From the human T2T-CHM13v2.0 reference genome, Homo sapiens: 64,000 nt of DNA. Shown here one piece after another: positions 51,192 through 64,000 of the stretch. The notes under the pieces are model-generated. The model was not told where the DNA came from. It saw only the letters and a program-made list of their open reading frames with translations, and ran no database searches. The stretch is taken from NCBI RefSeq assembly GCF_009914755.1, contig NC_060925.1, one strand, 5' to 3'. The translations under genes were made by a program, and so were the position numbers. Every line of letters begins with the position of its first letter. Positions within the stretch are counted from its first letter, which is position 1.

Positions 51192-53059
51192 TGAGCAGGA
51201 GAGGAGTGGGTTCATGTTTACCTTTCAGAAAGATCCCCCACTGGGAGAAGGGGGTCTTATTGCTCCAAGAAGCCAGAGAAAGGGAGACCAGTTGTGGGGT
51301 GGGTGGGTTGGTTGGGGGTGGAGGCTTTTAGGCAAGGACATGGCAGCAGCTGCCAGGATGCCCACAGCTGGGTGGCATGCAAGATGGACTGAAGGCAGGA
51401 GTACTATTTGAGGCAAAGGAGACCTTTAGAGAAAATGCCCTGTCAAAGCCATTTATTTTAACAAATACTCTTCCATTGCTCTGTTTTTATTCCCTTCAGA
51501 TGCATCTTTCCTTCTGGGATTGTGAAAATGGATGTCATTTCTGTAGCTTTCTGAAGTTTCGGTGAAGTTTCCTTTTCCTCTCAGTGGATTCTGTGTAGCA
51601 GGAAGCATGAGTTGATTTCAGCTTTTTGTCTTCTGAGACCTACTTCAGAGTGTGTTGCTGCTGGTCCGAGGCTGAAAGGAAGGTCTGTGATGTCATAGGC
51701 TGTGATTTTTCTAGAAATGTGTACTGAGATCAGCTGGCACAATTGTGTTTGTTTTAAAAACAAAAACATCTCAGGGGCAGTCCCCACATTCTGCATAACG
51801 GGACCCTTCACCCCACTGCCTAGATGGTTAATCCCGACAACTCAGAACACCCCACTAACCAAGGTGTTAATGACGTAACTCCCTCCTCACAGGAAAAGCT
51901 GCTCTGTAAGAAAAGGGCACTGAAGGAAGTGGCTTTTGTTCTAATGCCGAATTCCGGGGAGGCTGGTGCTTGAAATGTTTACCTCCTCCTGACTTTTTAC
52001 ATGATTTCTCCAGTTCTTGCATTTTATACACCAAAAGCAAAATACAGCTTGACCCTGGACTATTACATGGTGGCTCCGCCAGGCTGGCTGTGGAACTCAG
52101 GCTCTGCCATGCAATGGTTGGTTAGTCAGGAGACTGGAGCAGAGAGCAAATAAGGTCGAGGTCATGGTTGAAATTCCTATAGAGGCCAATTGGCTGGGCA
52201 CATCCTGCCCTCCACTCTCTCTGGCCCTGTTGTACAGGGGACTGAGTAAGAGGGTATAGCTGGCTCAATGCAGCCCAGCACCGCTCTCTTAAATCGCATT
52301 GCACATCCTGAATGGCCAGTAAATAATACAGACTTCAGGCACAATGAGACCTTGCTTAAGCAACCCTCTAGAAGAAAGCACCATTATACCTTTCAGCTGT
52401 GGTTTTTTTCAGCCTTCATTAGTGATGTGGAACAGCATTGACTGCAGTAACTTTTCTACTAAGCAGAAACATTTGTCTGCTGCTCCAGTCAAAAATACCT
52501 GCTTTACAGCTTTAATTCGTCCCACAGAACTGCAGGTCCATAAGGTGAGGCCGTTTCCCTTCCCCACTTCCTCTCTCCATGCCCTTTCCTCACTCACTGA
52601 TGGCCTCTTCTCCTCTGGTAGCCCCCGAAGCCTTTCTTTCTCCCTATCAGAGCAAGAAAGGCTCTTAGAATGGTTGTTTGCACGCCCAAGTTGACAGACT
52701 GCCCTTCATGGCAATGATTCCTGTTACTATTACTTCACCCAGACATTGAATGTCAGGGTTTTTTCTAGAAGGCTGTCAGTAGAAGTTGGCAGTTAAGAGT
52801 GGGTAGTTTAGAACCAGATCAAAGCCAGGCTGGGATCTGGCCCTGACAGTTACTATCTGCGTGCCTTGGGATAAGAACTTAACCTTGCCAAGCCTCGGTT
52901 TTCCTCTCTGTAAAGAAAAGCTCATACTGAAATTATTGCATGCCAGCTCTCAGCATTGCCTGTCATATGACAAATGTTAGTTATGATTATTTGTTAGCTA
53001 ATTGACACACAGAAGGCTTTATTCTACTAAAGGCCTACAGCTAGCAAGTGGAGATAATT

Positions 53060-53690
53060 TTTTATTCAAATTTTTTATTATAAAAAATTTCAAATGCATA
53101 GAAAAGGTGAAATAATAGTACAGTTGACACTGAAATCCCTCTTCTAGATTCTACAGTTGTATACATTTTACCAAATATATGTTTTTTCCTAAACTATTTC
53201 AATGTAAGATACAGACATCATCCCTAAATACTTCAGCACACATCTCTTTAAAATAAGGACATCCTCTGACATACTCACAGTAACCTTTATTACACTTAAG
53301 AAAATTAATGATAATTACCTAATATCCCCTGGTTCCCAATTCCCAAATCATATAAAATTTTCCAAAATGTTTCCCAATATGTCTTCTAACAGATGTTTGT
53401 GTGTGTGTGTGTTTTAAAAAATTTCAGTAGCTTTTGAGGTACAAATGTTTTTGGTTACGTGGATGAACCGCAGAGTGGTGACGTCTGACATTTTCATGCA
53501 CCCATCACCCAAGTAGTGTACATTGTACCCAATATGTAGTTTTTTATCCCATACCCCTCTCTCATCCTCCCTCTTCTGAGTCTCCAAAGTCAATGGACTT
53601 TGGATGTTTTTTTTCAAACAAGATCCAATCAAAACTCTTACATTGCATTTGGTTGTCATGTCTCTATTTTCTTTTATTCTAGAGTGGTAG
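53060..53690 (-). mobile_element. Old L1M 3' fragment containing an L1PB 3'-end insertion (~53412-53592)
   Basis: aaggacatcctctgacata (L1M); gcacccatcacccaagtagtgtacattgtacccaata (L1PB 3' end). Confidence 0.7.
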
Positions 53691-55380
53691 GTGTGGGGAA
53701 ATTTTGAGAACAATATTGTTGCTGAAATCAACTATTGGCTGCCAGGTGGAAATGGCTGCTGCCTCCACTGAGGCACACTGGGCCCCGCCACATTTATTAG
53801 CACAAGCCCTGTGATACGGTTGCATAGCTTGCTTTGCTGAACTTGTTGGTTACTAGCTACTGCTTAATGACTGGACATTAGAGACTCTTCTGTTGTTTTT
53901 ATATTCCCACCACCTCCACAGCACCTAACACACAGGTGGTCAGTAAAAGTGGATGGAAGGAAAGGAGGCAGGGAGGAAGAAGGAAGAAAAAGGAGAGTGG
54001 GAAAGAGGCAGGCACGGGCAGGCCCCCCTGCCTCCATGCCAGGTGGGTACCTGGAGAGTGACACTGTGCCCTCCTGGGAAGCACCCACACTCCTTTGATT
54101 GGGGGAAAACGATTCCATGTGGCATGTGCCTTTTGTCCAAATATGCCTTCTTCCTTCGCATTCTCCTTTCCCTCTTTCCCATCCTCCTTACCTGAGCACT
54201 AGTTGGGATCCCTCAGACCTTCTGCTATCTTTAACTTAGTCTTTCCCTCTCTTCCCATATACAAGATTAACATTTGACATTATTTTAAAAATAATCTGTA
54301 ATAGATTATCTTTTCCTACAATCACACTCATTTTCCCAATTCCCTGGGAGATAATTCCCACAAAATTTGTGGTCAGTAATTAAATTCCTGACCACAATGA
54401 ATCATGAGGAATATATACTGTGTTCAGAGGGATGGCGTGGTATCCGTAAGGGAGCATCTGCTGAAGGGAGAGAGAGGACACATGGGGGTTAGCCCCCAAA
54501 GCCAAGGGGAGCTGTCCTCCAAACACAACCAACAGAGTTTAGCTCAGGCTTCAGGATCAAACTATTGCTTCTATTCTGTGTGGAGAGAACAATGACTGAA
54601 TTGGCTGGAATAGAACAAAGTTGTTAAAGTGAACTTTCTCCACACCTCATCTCTAATCCCTAAAATTTTGACTTAAACAAAATTTTGAGTTAAGCAAATT
54701 TGAATTAAAAATTTTGAGCAGATACAGGGAATGAATGCAAGAAGCTCTTGATTATCTTCATGGTGGACTGGCTCATTTTCATTCCGGGCTGACCTCGTTG
54801 ATATGTTCTCTACCACTTCTCCTTGCTGAGAAGTAGTTGGCGTCTATTCAAAGTACACAGGCCATTTAATTATTAATCGGAGCAAAACATTATTAGGGAA
54901 GTTAAACTGTTGAGTAGGTGTGTGTGTGTACACATGTGGATACTTTCTTGATTATCTAGCTGTTTTGTTTTGCCTTTTGCCTTTCTGGGTTCCTGCCCCT
55001 CTCCATTTGTGGTGATACCTGTAAGGTGATTATGCCACTGAATTCCTAAGAGCTTTTTGGTCCCTCTCTCATTCTCCTTGGATGTGTGTGGAAATGTTTG
55101 TCAGCAGGGGCGGACCGGGGAGGGTTCATGTACACAAGAAGTGACTGACCTTGGCCGCTGAGTGGAGTGTGTATTTGTGACGAGGAAAGGGTTCAGTGTT
55201 TGTGTTTGGTGATGGTTTTATGTCCTGCTGTCATTAGAGAGGACTTTATAGGGGTTTCTGATGACCTAGGGCTCCAGGAATCATCATGATTATTTAGACA
55301 ATGATTTTAATGGGCCCATATAAACTTATTCTGTTTTTATACCAGTAACAGAGAAGAAGATGTTGGAAGATTAAATATAG

Positions 55381-55815
<435 letters not shown>

Positions 55816-56919
55816 TCCCTCTTCTTTTTTTCTTCCTTGCTTTCTTTCTTTTCCCTCCTCCCTTCCTCTCCCCACCTTTATTTATTTCTTTCAACATGTA
55901 CTGCCTGCTTACTATATATTAGTCACAGTCTAAATGCTGGAGATGCAGAGATGAATAACACATGGCCCCAGCCCTCCTGGAACTCAGTTTAGCGTGGGAG
56001 GCAGATGGAGGTACAGATCATTCCAGTACAGTGGTTAACGATAGAGATAAGTACAGGGTGAGCTCAATGTAGGGGTCCCTAATCCAGCTTGGCTTGGGAG
56101 AGAAGGCAGGAAGCTTCCTGGAAGAGATGATGGCAGATTGATTGGGAGTGGCTGAAAAAGGAGCAGGGCTCAAGGCCTTTACCTGGCAGGCCAGGTCATT
56201 CACATGGTTTATGAGCACTGGATAAAGGGAATGGGATGAAGGGCTTTGGGGGTATGGGTCTTCCATGAGATATGACACCAGATTTTGATGTCACTGCATA
56301 TGGTTAGGACCACAGGGGCAGGGCAGAAATGATGTCTACTACTGTGGGACAGTACTAGTGACTTACCTCTGAAATCTGGGGACATTCCAAGGTATCTGCT
56401 CAGATGGTTGATCCTGGGGAATCCTGGAAGAAATGAAAGCTGAAATGAAAGATCACTCTTGAAGGCCAGTACATGACATATATGTACTCAGGGGTGAAGA
56501 GTCATGTAAGGGGAAATGGGCAGTGGGTAGTCAAGGTGTGAATGAAGATCACTGCTCAATAGAGTGGGGCGGTGAGGCTTGGGGAGGTGGAGGAGGACTC
56601 TTGGCTTCTCTAAAAAAAAAAAAAAGGCCTAACTTGTGCTGCAAGTTTTACTGGATGCCCAGGACTCTGGAGGAGTTTTTGCGCCAGTAGACAGGCAAGT
56701 GGCCACAACAGTTCTTATGCCCCACAAGGGCAGAGCCTTACATTGGCAGCTCCCTGAGTTACTTGAAGCAGGAGACCTTTTGTAACCTCAAGAAGACAAG
56801 AGGAATTCTGTTGAGGGAAGCTTAATCCCTGCTCCTTGGAGATCTCGGCATGATAGTAGAAAGAGCACATATGAGCTAGGAAAACATAAGTATCACATCT
56901 GATGATACCAACTGCAACA

Positions 56920-57150
56920 ATAGTAATAGCCACTGTGTATCTAGTCTCTACCCTGTGGCAGGGCTTTTCATGTATTACTTAACCCTCATAACTACATAAT
57001 AATATATAATGATAGAAGGTACTGTCATTCCCTCCATTTTATAGATGGGGAAATCAAAGTTTGGAAAGGTCACAGGTAGGAAGTCATAGAGTCACATTTG
57101 AACCCAGGTCATTCTAACTCTAGAGCCTCTGATCTCAACTGCTGTCCTTA
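56920..57150 (-). mobile_element. MIR
   Basis: ccattttatagatggggaaa...tttgaacccagg. Confidence 0.7.
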
Positions 57151-57419
57151 CTGTGAATAAATATTCAGTGCAGCTTCTCTTTGACTTGACCATAGGACCA
57201 CAGCCCACCTGAAATGGTAGAATAGAGAGACCCTAGAGACTGATGAACTGCATTTCTACAGCACTACTAGTTATTATGAAGATGGATAATCTAAAATTTT
57301 CTATTTCTCTAACATGTAGTCTTAGGGCACTCAATATTAGTATTAGCCAAGAACATATGATTTGAGGGGAAAAATATGGATTAGAAAACAATCGCTCTGA
57401 AGTCTACTACTTTGGTAGT

Positions 57420-57805
57420 TGTTATGGAATGAATGTTTGTGTCCCTCCAAAGTTCATAAGTTCAAGTCCTAATCCCCAACCTGGTGGTACTATTAATAGA
57501 TGAGGTCCTGAGGGCAGAGCCCCATGATTGGATTAGTGCCCTTATAAGAACAGGAAGACAGACAGACTAGAGCTTTCTTTCTTGCTCTCTCTCCATGGGT
57601 ACACACCAAGGAAAGTCCATGCAAGGACATAGCAAGAAGGCAGCCATCTGCAAGCCAGGAAGAGAGCCCTCACCAAGAATCACATCTGCTGGTACTTTGA
57701 TCTTGGACTGTAAGACACCTCCAGAACTGTGAGAAAATTGACATCCGTTGTTTGAGCCACCCAGTCTACGGTATTGTGTTACAGCAGCCAGAGTTGACTA
57801 AGGCA
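57420..57805 (+). mobile_element. MaLR LTR (MLT1A/B-like)
   Basis: tgttatggaatgaatgtttgtgtccctcc...gcaagccaggaagagagccctcacc...gactaaggca. Confidence 0.85.
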
Positions 57806-58446
57806 GTAGTAGTTAATATCAGCAGCTGGGTGAACACACTCTCTGTGTGTGTGTCTGTGAACTAGATCCTCTTAGTCAAAAGGGTTGTTGACTGTGTCTT
57901 GAGACCCCTCACTCTCTATATTAGTTTTGGGTGTTCTTTTTCTCATTGGTATTTATGAATAATTTATGCAAAAATGAGTTTTTAAAAACCTTCTGAAAAA
58001 AATATATTAGTTGGTTTATGATTCTTCAACAGATCAGAAATTGGGCACTCCCTGTCACCTGTGGCCCCCAGGGAGGCATGCAGATAGCTTTTACAAGTGA
58101 GAGGAGAGCTAGGATCTGCAGAGACCACTGGACTGCCTGCCTCCCTCCTTGCTCTGGGAGTCCTCCATGGTTCTGAGGGAGGCACAGATAATCTCTACAA
58201 GCTGTCTGGGCTCCCAGATATTTGCTACAGAAGGTCTCGTGTGTTCAGAGGACCTAAAGCTACGGTACCCTTGAGGTTGAGGAGAAAGGTGTACTTTCTC
58301 CCCTGTACAGAAGGCATGTGGAGAGCTGTGGCTTGGGAGGAGAATACCAGTGTGCCTCCCACTTCCTTAGCAGCCGGGCCTCCCTCCCCAGAGGGGCTGC
58401 ACCACTTCTCAACTAGTGGCAGCTCATGAAATCCTCAAGTAGGAAG

Positions 58447-58896
58447 TGTATTAGTCAGGGTTCTCTAGAGGGACAGAACTAATAGGATGGATTTATATAT
58501 AAAGGGGAATTTATTAAGAGGATTGACTCACACGATCACAAGATGAGGTCCCATAATAGGCTGGCTGCAAGCTGAGGAGCAAGGAGCAAGTCCGAGTCCC
58601 CAAGCTGAATAACTTGGAGTCTGATATTTGAGGGCAGGAAGCAACCAGCATGGGAGGAAGATGTAGGCTGGGAGGCTAAACCAGTCTAGTCTTTTCACGT
58701 TCTTCTGCCTGCTTTTATTCTGGCCGCACTGGCAGCTGATTAGACTGTGCCAACCCAGACTGAGGGTGGGTCTGCCTTTCCCAGTCCACTGACTCAAATG
58801 TTAATCTCCTTTGGCAACACCCTCACAGACACACCCAGGAACAATACTTTGCATCCTTCAATCCAATCAAGTTGGCACTCAATATTAACCATCACA
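58447..58896 (-). mobile_element. MLT2A solo LTR (HERV-L)
   Basis: tgtattagtcagggttctctagagggacagaactaatagga...attaaccatcaca; TSD ggaag/ggagg. Confidence 0.92.
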
Positions 58897-58975
58897 GGAG
58901 GAATCTGCAAAGGTCATTTAGCCCAGCGCTTCTTAGTCCATAAGGTTCAAGCATTTTACCTGGGAACTTTGTTAG

Positions 58976-59278
<303 letters not shown>

Positions 59279-60061
59279 GAGAGGAGATTCTTATTCAGGA
59301 GGTCAGGGTGGGGCCTCAGCGTCTTTAACAAGCTCCCAGGTGATGCTGCTGCTGCTGATCTGGGGACCACACTTTGAAGAGCAAGAATTTACTCTATGTC
59401 AAGGTAGGCTACATTTCAGTGACCATCACAGTCAAGTGAATGTCCATCCTGATACAGAGAAGCAAATTCTCTTCTTCAACAGCTTTCTTACATTGTAGAA
59501 GCTCTTACTCAGCAAGCACAAATCCCTTTAGTTTCATGCCCATTTTTTCAAGTTCTTCTCTCAGCAGAGATGGAGATGCAAAGTAGCCCTCTCCCATATC
59601 ATAATCCTTAGTTATTTAAAGACTACTAAGTCAGATCTATTTTTAAAAGCACCACTTCTCTCTCTGTTCTTATGCCTGTGTTACCCAGGTTGGTTAGTAG
59701 GAATGAAACTCCTGGGGCACTCTTGGCTGAGGACTTGGCACTGGAAACATTCATGATCTGCTTATGCAGCTGGAATCTCCTCACATGCCCATATACTATT
59801 CTTTCTCAGTTCTCTACAGTAAAGGAATGGCAAAGTTATAAAAGTCAAAATCTGAAGAGGAGTGAAAACCTCCACTTAACCTTTAGTATCATCACTCCTC
59901 TTCTCAGAACTCGATCAAGATGTTATTCACAGGTAACAGTGACCTGGTTTGGGTTTTCTCTTTCCTCCCTGGCTCTACATGTCTCATGGTCAAAAGAACT
60001 TGGAAGCAAAGACTTAGCCATCTACCATGGCCAAGCAAAGGAACCTGCATAACCCCCAATA

Positions 60062-60333
60062 GGCCTGGGCACAGTGGCTCACGCCTGTAATCGCAGCACT
60101 TTGGGAGACCGAGGCGGGCAGATCACGAGGTCAGGAGATCAAGACCATCCTGGCTAACACAGTGAAACCCCATCTGTACTAAAAAATACAAAAAAATTAG
60201 ACAGGCATGTTGACGGGTGCCTGTAGTCCCAGCTACTCGGGAGGCTGAGGCAGGAGAATGGCATGAACCCGGGAGGCGGAGCTTGCAGTGAGCTGAGATC
60301 ACGGAGCCAGACTCCGTCTCAAAAAAAAAAAAA
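60062..60333 (+). mobile_element. AluY with a deletion in the right arm
   Basis: gagatcacggagccagactcc lacks ccactgcactccagcctgggcgac; TSD ataacccccaa. Confidence 0.9.
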
Positions 60334-61417
60334 TTAATAACCCCCAACCTGAATGAGAGTCCACAGGTTGGATCTGAAGTACTCAATAGTCCGTGTTCGA
60401 GGGTTCTATCCCCCTGAGCTCTCTGCTTTCTTTCTGCCCCAGAAAGGACTGCTGTCAGGTCTTTGCACGTTTGTGTGACTTTAAGTCAACATGTTTCCTC
60501 TCTCCAGGACACTTGTATTTTAAAACCTTTCTCTCCAGTATGGAATGAAATTTGTCCTTTGTTAAAGAAGCTAATGGTCCCAGGTGACAGGTTATTTTAT
60601 GTATTATACCTGCCTAGGATGGCACAGTAGACATTGCCTACTAGAAAGAAGGTACTGCCACTTACAGGTTCACAGTGATATCCGGGGTGGAAGGGAGGAC
60701 TCTTCCAGGAGAAAGCAAGGCATCCAGGAGGAGACCACCAAGAGGGCCTGTGTCCTTTGCAGGTTTCTGGGGGTGCAGAGTTATTCAGAAGTCTGCTGTT
60801 ACCCTGACCCCATCCTCAGCAGAACTTCCTCCATCATTTCAGAAGGTAAAATGAGGCAACTAGAGCAAAGGATGAGATGGCAACTTCTGTTTTGCTTTTT
60901 TTTTTTTTTTTTTTTCTGACAGGCAGTGTGTAGGGAGCTCTGTATGGGGAGTATGACTCACCAGTATTGGTCATGACTCTGGGCCCAGGATTCACAAGTG
61001 TTCCAAAATTAGCAACTGGCCGTGGTGTACACCCACAGAGCAGTTAGACATTTCCCATTGAAAACACTCAATGGGAAACCTACAAGGATAAAGGGAAGGT
61101 TAAAAGAGCTGTAGATTATTACAGCTCTTCTAGTTAGCCTACGGAATATCTTCCTCTCTGCTTGTCCATTTATATTTCTCATTCTCTTTCTGGAGAACAC
61201 ATTCCTCTTTGCTTCAGCATTTAGTACTTGTTCATTCATCCATTTAGGAATTTTTTTTAATTGAACATCTTCCCTGTGTCTAGCACCGTTCTGGGTGTGA
61301 GGGAGGCATCAGAAATAAAGCAGTCCTTAGTCTCCTGGAGTTCATGGTTCAGTGGGCCAACCTTGGGCAAGTGACCTAATCTCTTAAAATTTCCTCATTT
61401 GTGAAATAGGCATAATA

Positions 61418-61820
<403 letters not shown>

Positions 61821-63442
61821 TTAGCCAACATTTAATCAATGTAAGTTGTTAGCTTCTGTTGAGAAACTGGTGTGGGACTAAGATGATTGTTGTCCTGATT
61901 TGCCTGTTGGTGTCATAGTCAGATCTTCACCCTGGGAACTTAGGGCCTCAACAGTACCATGGCTGGGAACTTAGCTACAGTGGGGAGGGACCCAGAGATG
62001 CTGAGCTTAGTATATGCCTCCACTCCATTGGTCAAACTCGCTCAATCTAAAAGGAGCTGGGTAATCAGTGAGTGCTTGGTGGTGGTAATAAAGAATCTGT
62101 CTACGGTGTAATTCAATTTTGTAGTCGTTATCTTTTCCATTTTAGTGTAGGGACCCACCCAATCAGACAGCTGCACAATGAAAATAAAGGCTGGGAATGC
62201 CAGGGTGTGTCACTGGTTGTAGTCCCACGCTAGCAAGGGGAAAGTCAGGTTGCAAAACCAGCGCTGCCTGCCTTCAGTGGAGAAACCATGTAACCTCCCA
62301 GGCCTGCAGCTTCCCTAGGCCTCAGTTCCTTCCCTGGGCATCCTCCTTGGTGAGGTTTCTGGATCCCTGCAGGCACTGGTAGTTTTTGGTTTGGGTGCTC
62401 ATATAAAACTCCTTACAAGTCTGTTAACACAATCTTATCTTACTGTCATTATTTGCATGTTAGTTCCTTAATAGGTCCTATTTCTTTCTGTCTTCCTGAT
62501 GACCCTTCCAAGAGCTCCTTTAGGTTTGGAAAAGGCAGAGTAGATCCTCTGGCCTTCCCCAATGAGGACCTGGGTGGGTGGTGGTGGTAGTAGGGGGTCG
62601 GTAGACAAAGCCATCTTTAAGGAGGTGCCTTCTGCATCACCCTCCATTGTGAGATTCCAGGCAGGTGCCTTAAAATAGCTCTGCCACTAGCTGATCACTC
62701 AATCCCATTCACAAGGGCAAACCTTCTTCTGTCAGGGAGAAAAGGTTTAAACATACAGAGGGAGGTAACTGTTGCAGTAAGTAGCCTTAAAGCAAGCAGA
62801 GGGGCGCTAAATCATCTCTAAACTTCCAGGTCTATGATTCTAAGATCTTAATTATCCTAACTGGGAAGGAGAGAAGAAAAGAAAAAAAAAATAGGTGGCT
62901 TAGAAAGTGAGCAGAGAGTGTAAAGCTTGGAGATTTTTCTATTTGAGATTTGGCTGCATTTAGAGCCAGTTTTCAAGCATTGCCAGGTTCACCTTTGTAA
63001 AAGGCGTTTAGAAATCTGCCACTATCAGATTTAAATCAATCTGGCTAATTGGTGTGATTGGAAAGTTGCAGTGGGGCAAGTAATCAGATTGGTTCCGGAG
63101 CCTCCACCCTTTGCTGTGCCTGGGTGCTACCTCCTGCAGGGTAGCATATTCCCAATTTTTGTGGTTTTGCAGTGGCCTCCTTTCCTAAGCCCACTAAGCA
63201 TTTTCCTGTTCTTTTGCAAGGTCTTCTTTTTGTGTCAGGGTGTGGTGGAGCCACACAGGACTGGCATGATATTCACCACTTGTTACTTATGGAACTTGAA
63301 CATATTTAACCTCTCTGACCATCAGTTTTCTCATCTGTAAAATGAGACCACATTAACGTAGCTTATAGACTTACTATGAGAATTAAATGTATACATGTGT
63401 AGATGATCATATTAGACTTTAATTGAAAAGCTTTCCAGTAGG

Positions 63443-64000
63443 TGTCTTAGTCTGCTTTCTGTTGCAATAACTAAATCCCTGAGACTAGGTACTTTTTTTT
63501 TTAAAGGAATTTATTTGGCTGGGCGCAGTGGCTCACGCCTGTAATCCCAGCACTTTGGGAGGCCGAGGTAGGCGGATCACGAGGTCAGGAGATCAAGACC
63601 ATCCTGGCTAACATGGTGAAACCCCATCTCTACTAAAAATACAAAAAATTAGCCGGGTGTGGTGGCAGGAGCTTGTAGTCCCAGCTACTTGGGAGGCTGA
63701 GGCAGAAAAAAGGAATTTATTTCTTACAGTTCTGGAGGCTGAGAAGTCCAGGGACAAAGGATTCCATCTAGTCGGGGCCTTCCTCTTATGGGGACCCTCT
63801 GCAGAGTCCCAAGGCAGCTTGGGACATCACATGGTGAGGGGGCTCATGAGAGAGAACCAACCTGGCTTTTTATAACAGACACACTCTTGTGATAACTAAC
63901 CCACTCACACAATGATAACCTATTATCCATTAACCCAGGAATGGACTAGTCAATCCAATCATGAGGGCAGAGCCCTCATGACTCAGTCACCTCTGAAAGG
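63443..64000 (-). mobile_element. MaLR LTR (MSTD/MLT1A-like), runs off the window end
   Basis: tgtcttagtctgc...gaatttatttcttacagttctggaggctgagaagtcca...atgagggcagagccctcatg. Confidence 0.8.
63517..63705 (+). mobile_element. 3'-truncated, essentially tail-less Alu (AluY/Sc)
   Basis: Stops at gaggctgaggcag; 14-bp TSD aaaggaatttattt (63503-63516, 63709-63722). Confidence 0.93.

Noticed and set aside
62772-62809. CTCF site (tgcagta...caagcagaggggcgcta)
   Set aside because: The core has an extra G and a mismatch relative to CCAGCAGAGGGCGC, and the upstream-motif spacing does not fit; it needs a PWM scan or ChIP data.

Overview
Primate (catarrhine, probably human or great ape) non-coding genomic DNA, either intergenic or deep intronic. 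It has about 45 Alu copies or fragments (J/S/Y types), old L1M/L1PB fragments, L2, MIR, MaLR LTRs (MLT1, MST, including a full LTR-int-LTR MST element), MLT2 and an ERVL-type solo LTR, MER DNA-transposon fossils, and a rare SVA2-type VNTR retroposon. I recognise no intact protein-coding exon; the supplied ORFs are almost all Alu/L1/LTR read-throughs or chance ORFs. The main signals are structural. (i) A single C2H2 zinc-finger coding fragment is fused to an Alu inside one target-site duplication (TSD). (ii) Three unrelated arrays each have about 5 copies of a 32-bp unit; one is a perfect CCAAT-box/hairpin array. (iii) A ~615-bp micro-inversion is revealed by an Alu TSD now in inverted orientation. 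(iv) Several locally templated insertions (25, 30 and ~200 bp) occur, some at hairpins. (v) One Alu is tail-less and apparently internally primed. Repeat subfamily names come from recalled consensus sequences and need RepeatMasker/Dfam confirmation; boundaries of old repeats are approximate. I see no evidence of a new gene-encoded system. The most novel-looking aspect is the clustering of repair and template-switch scars.
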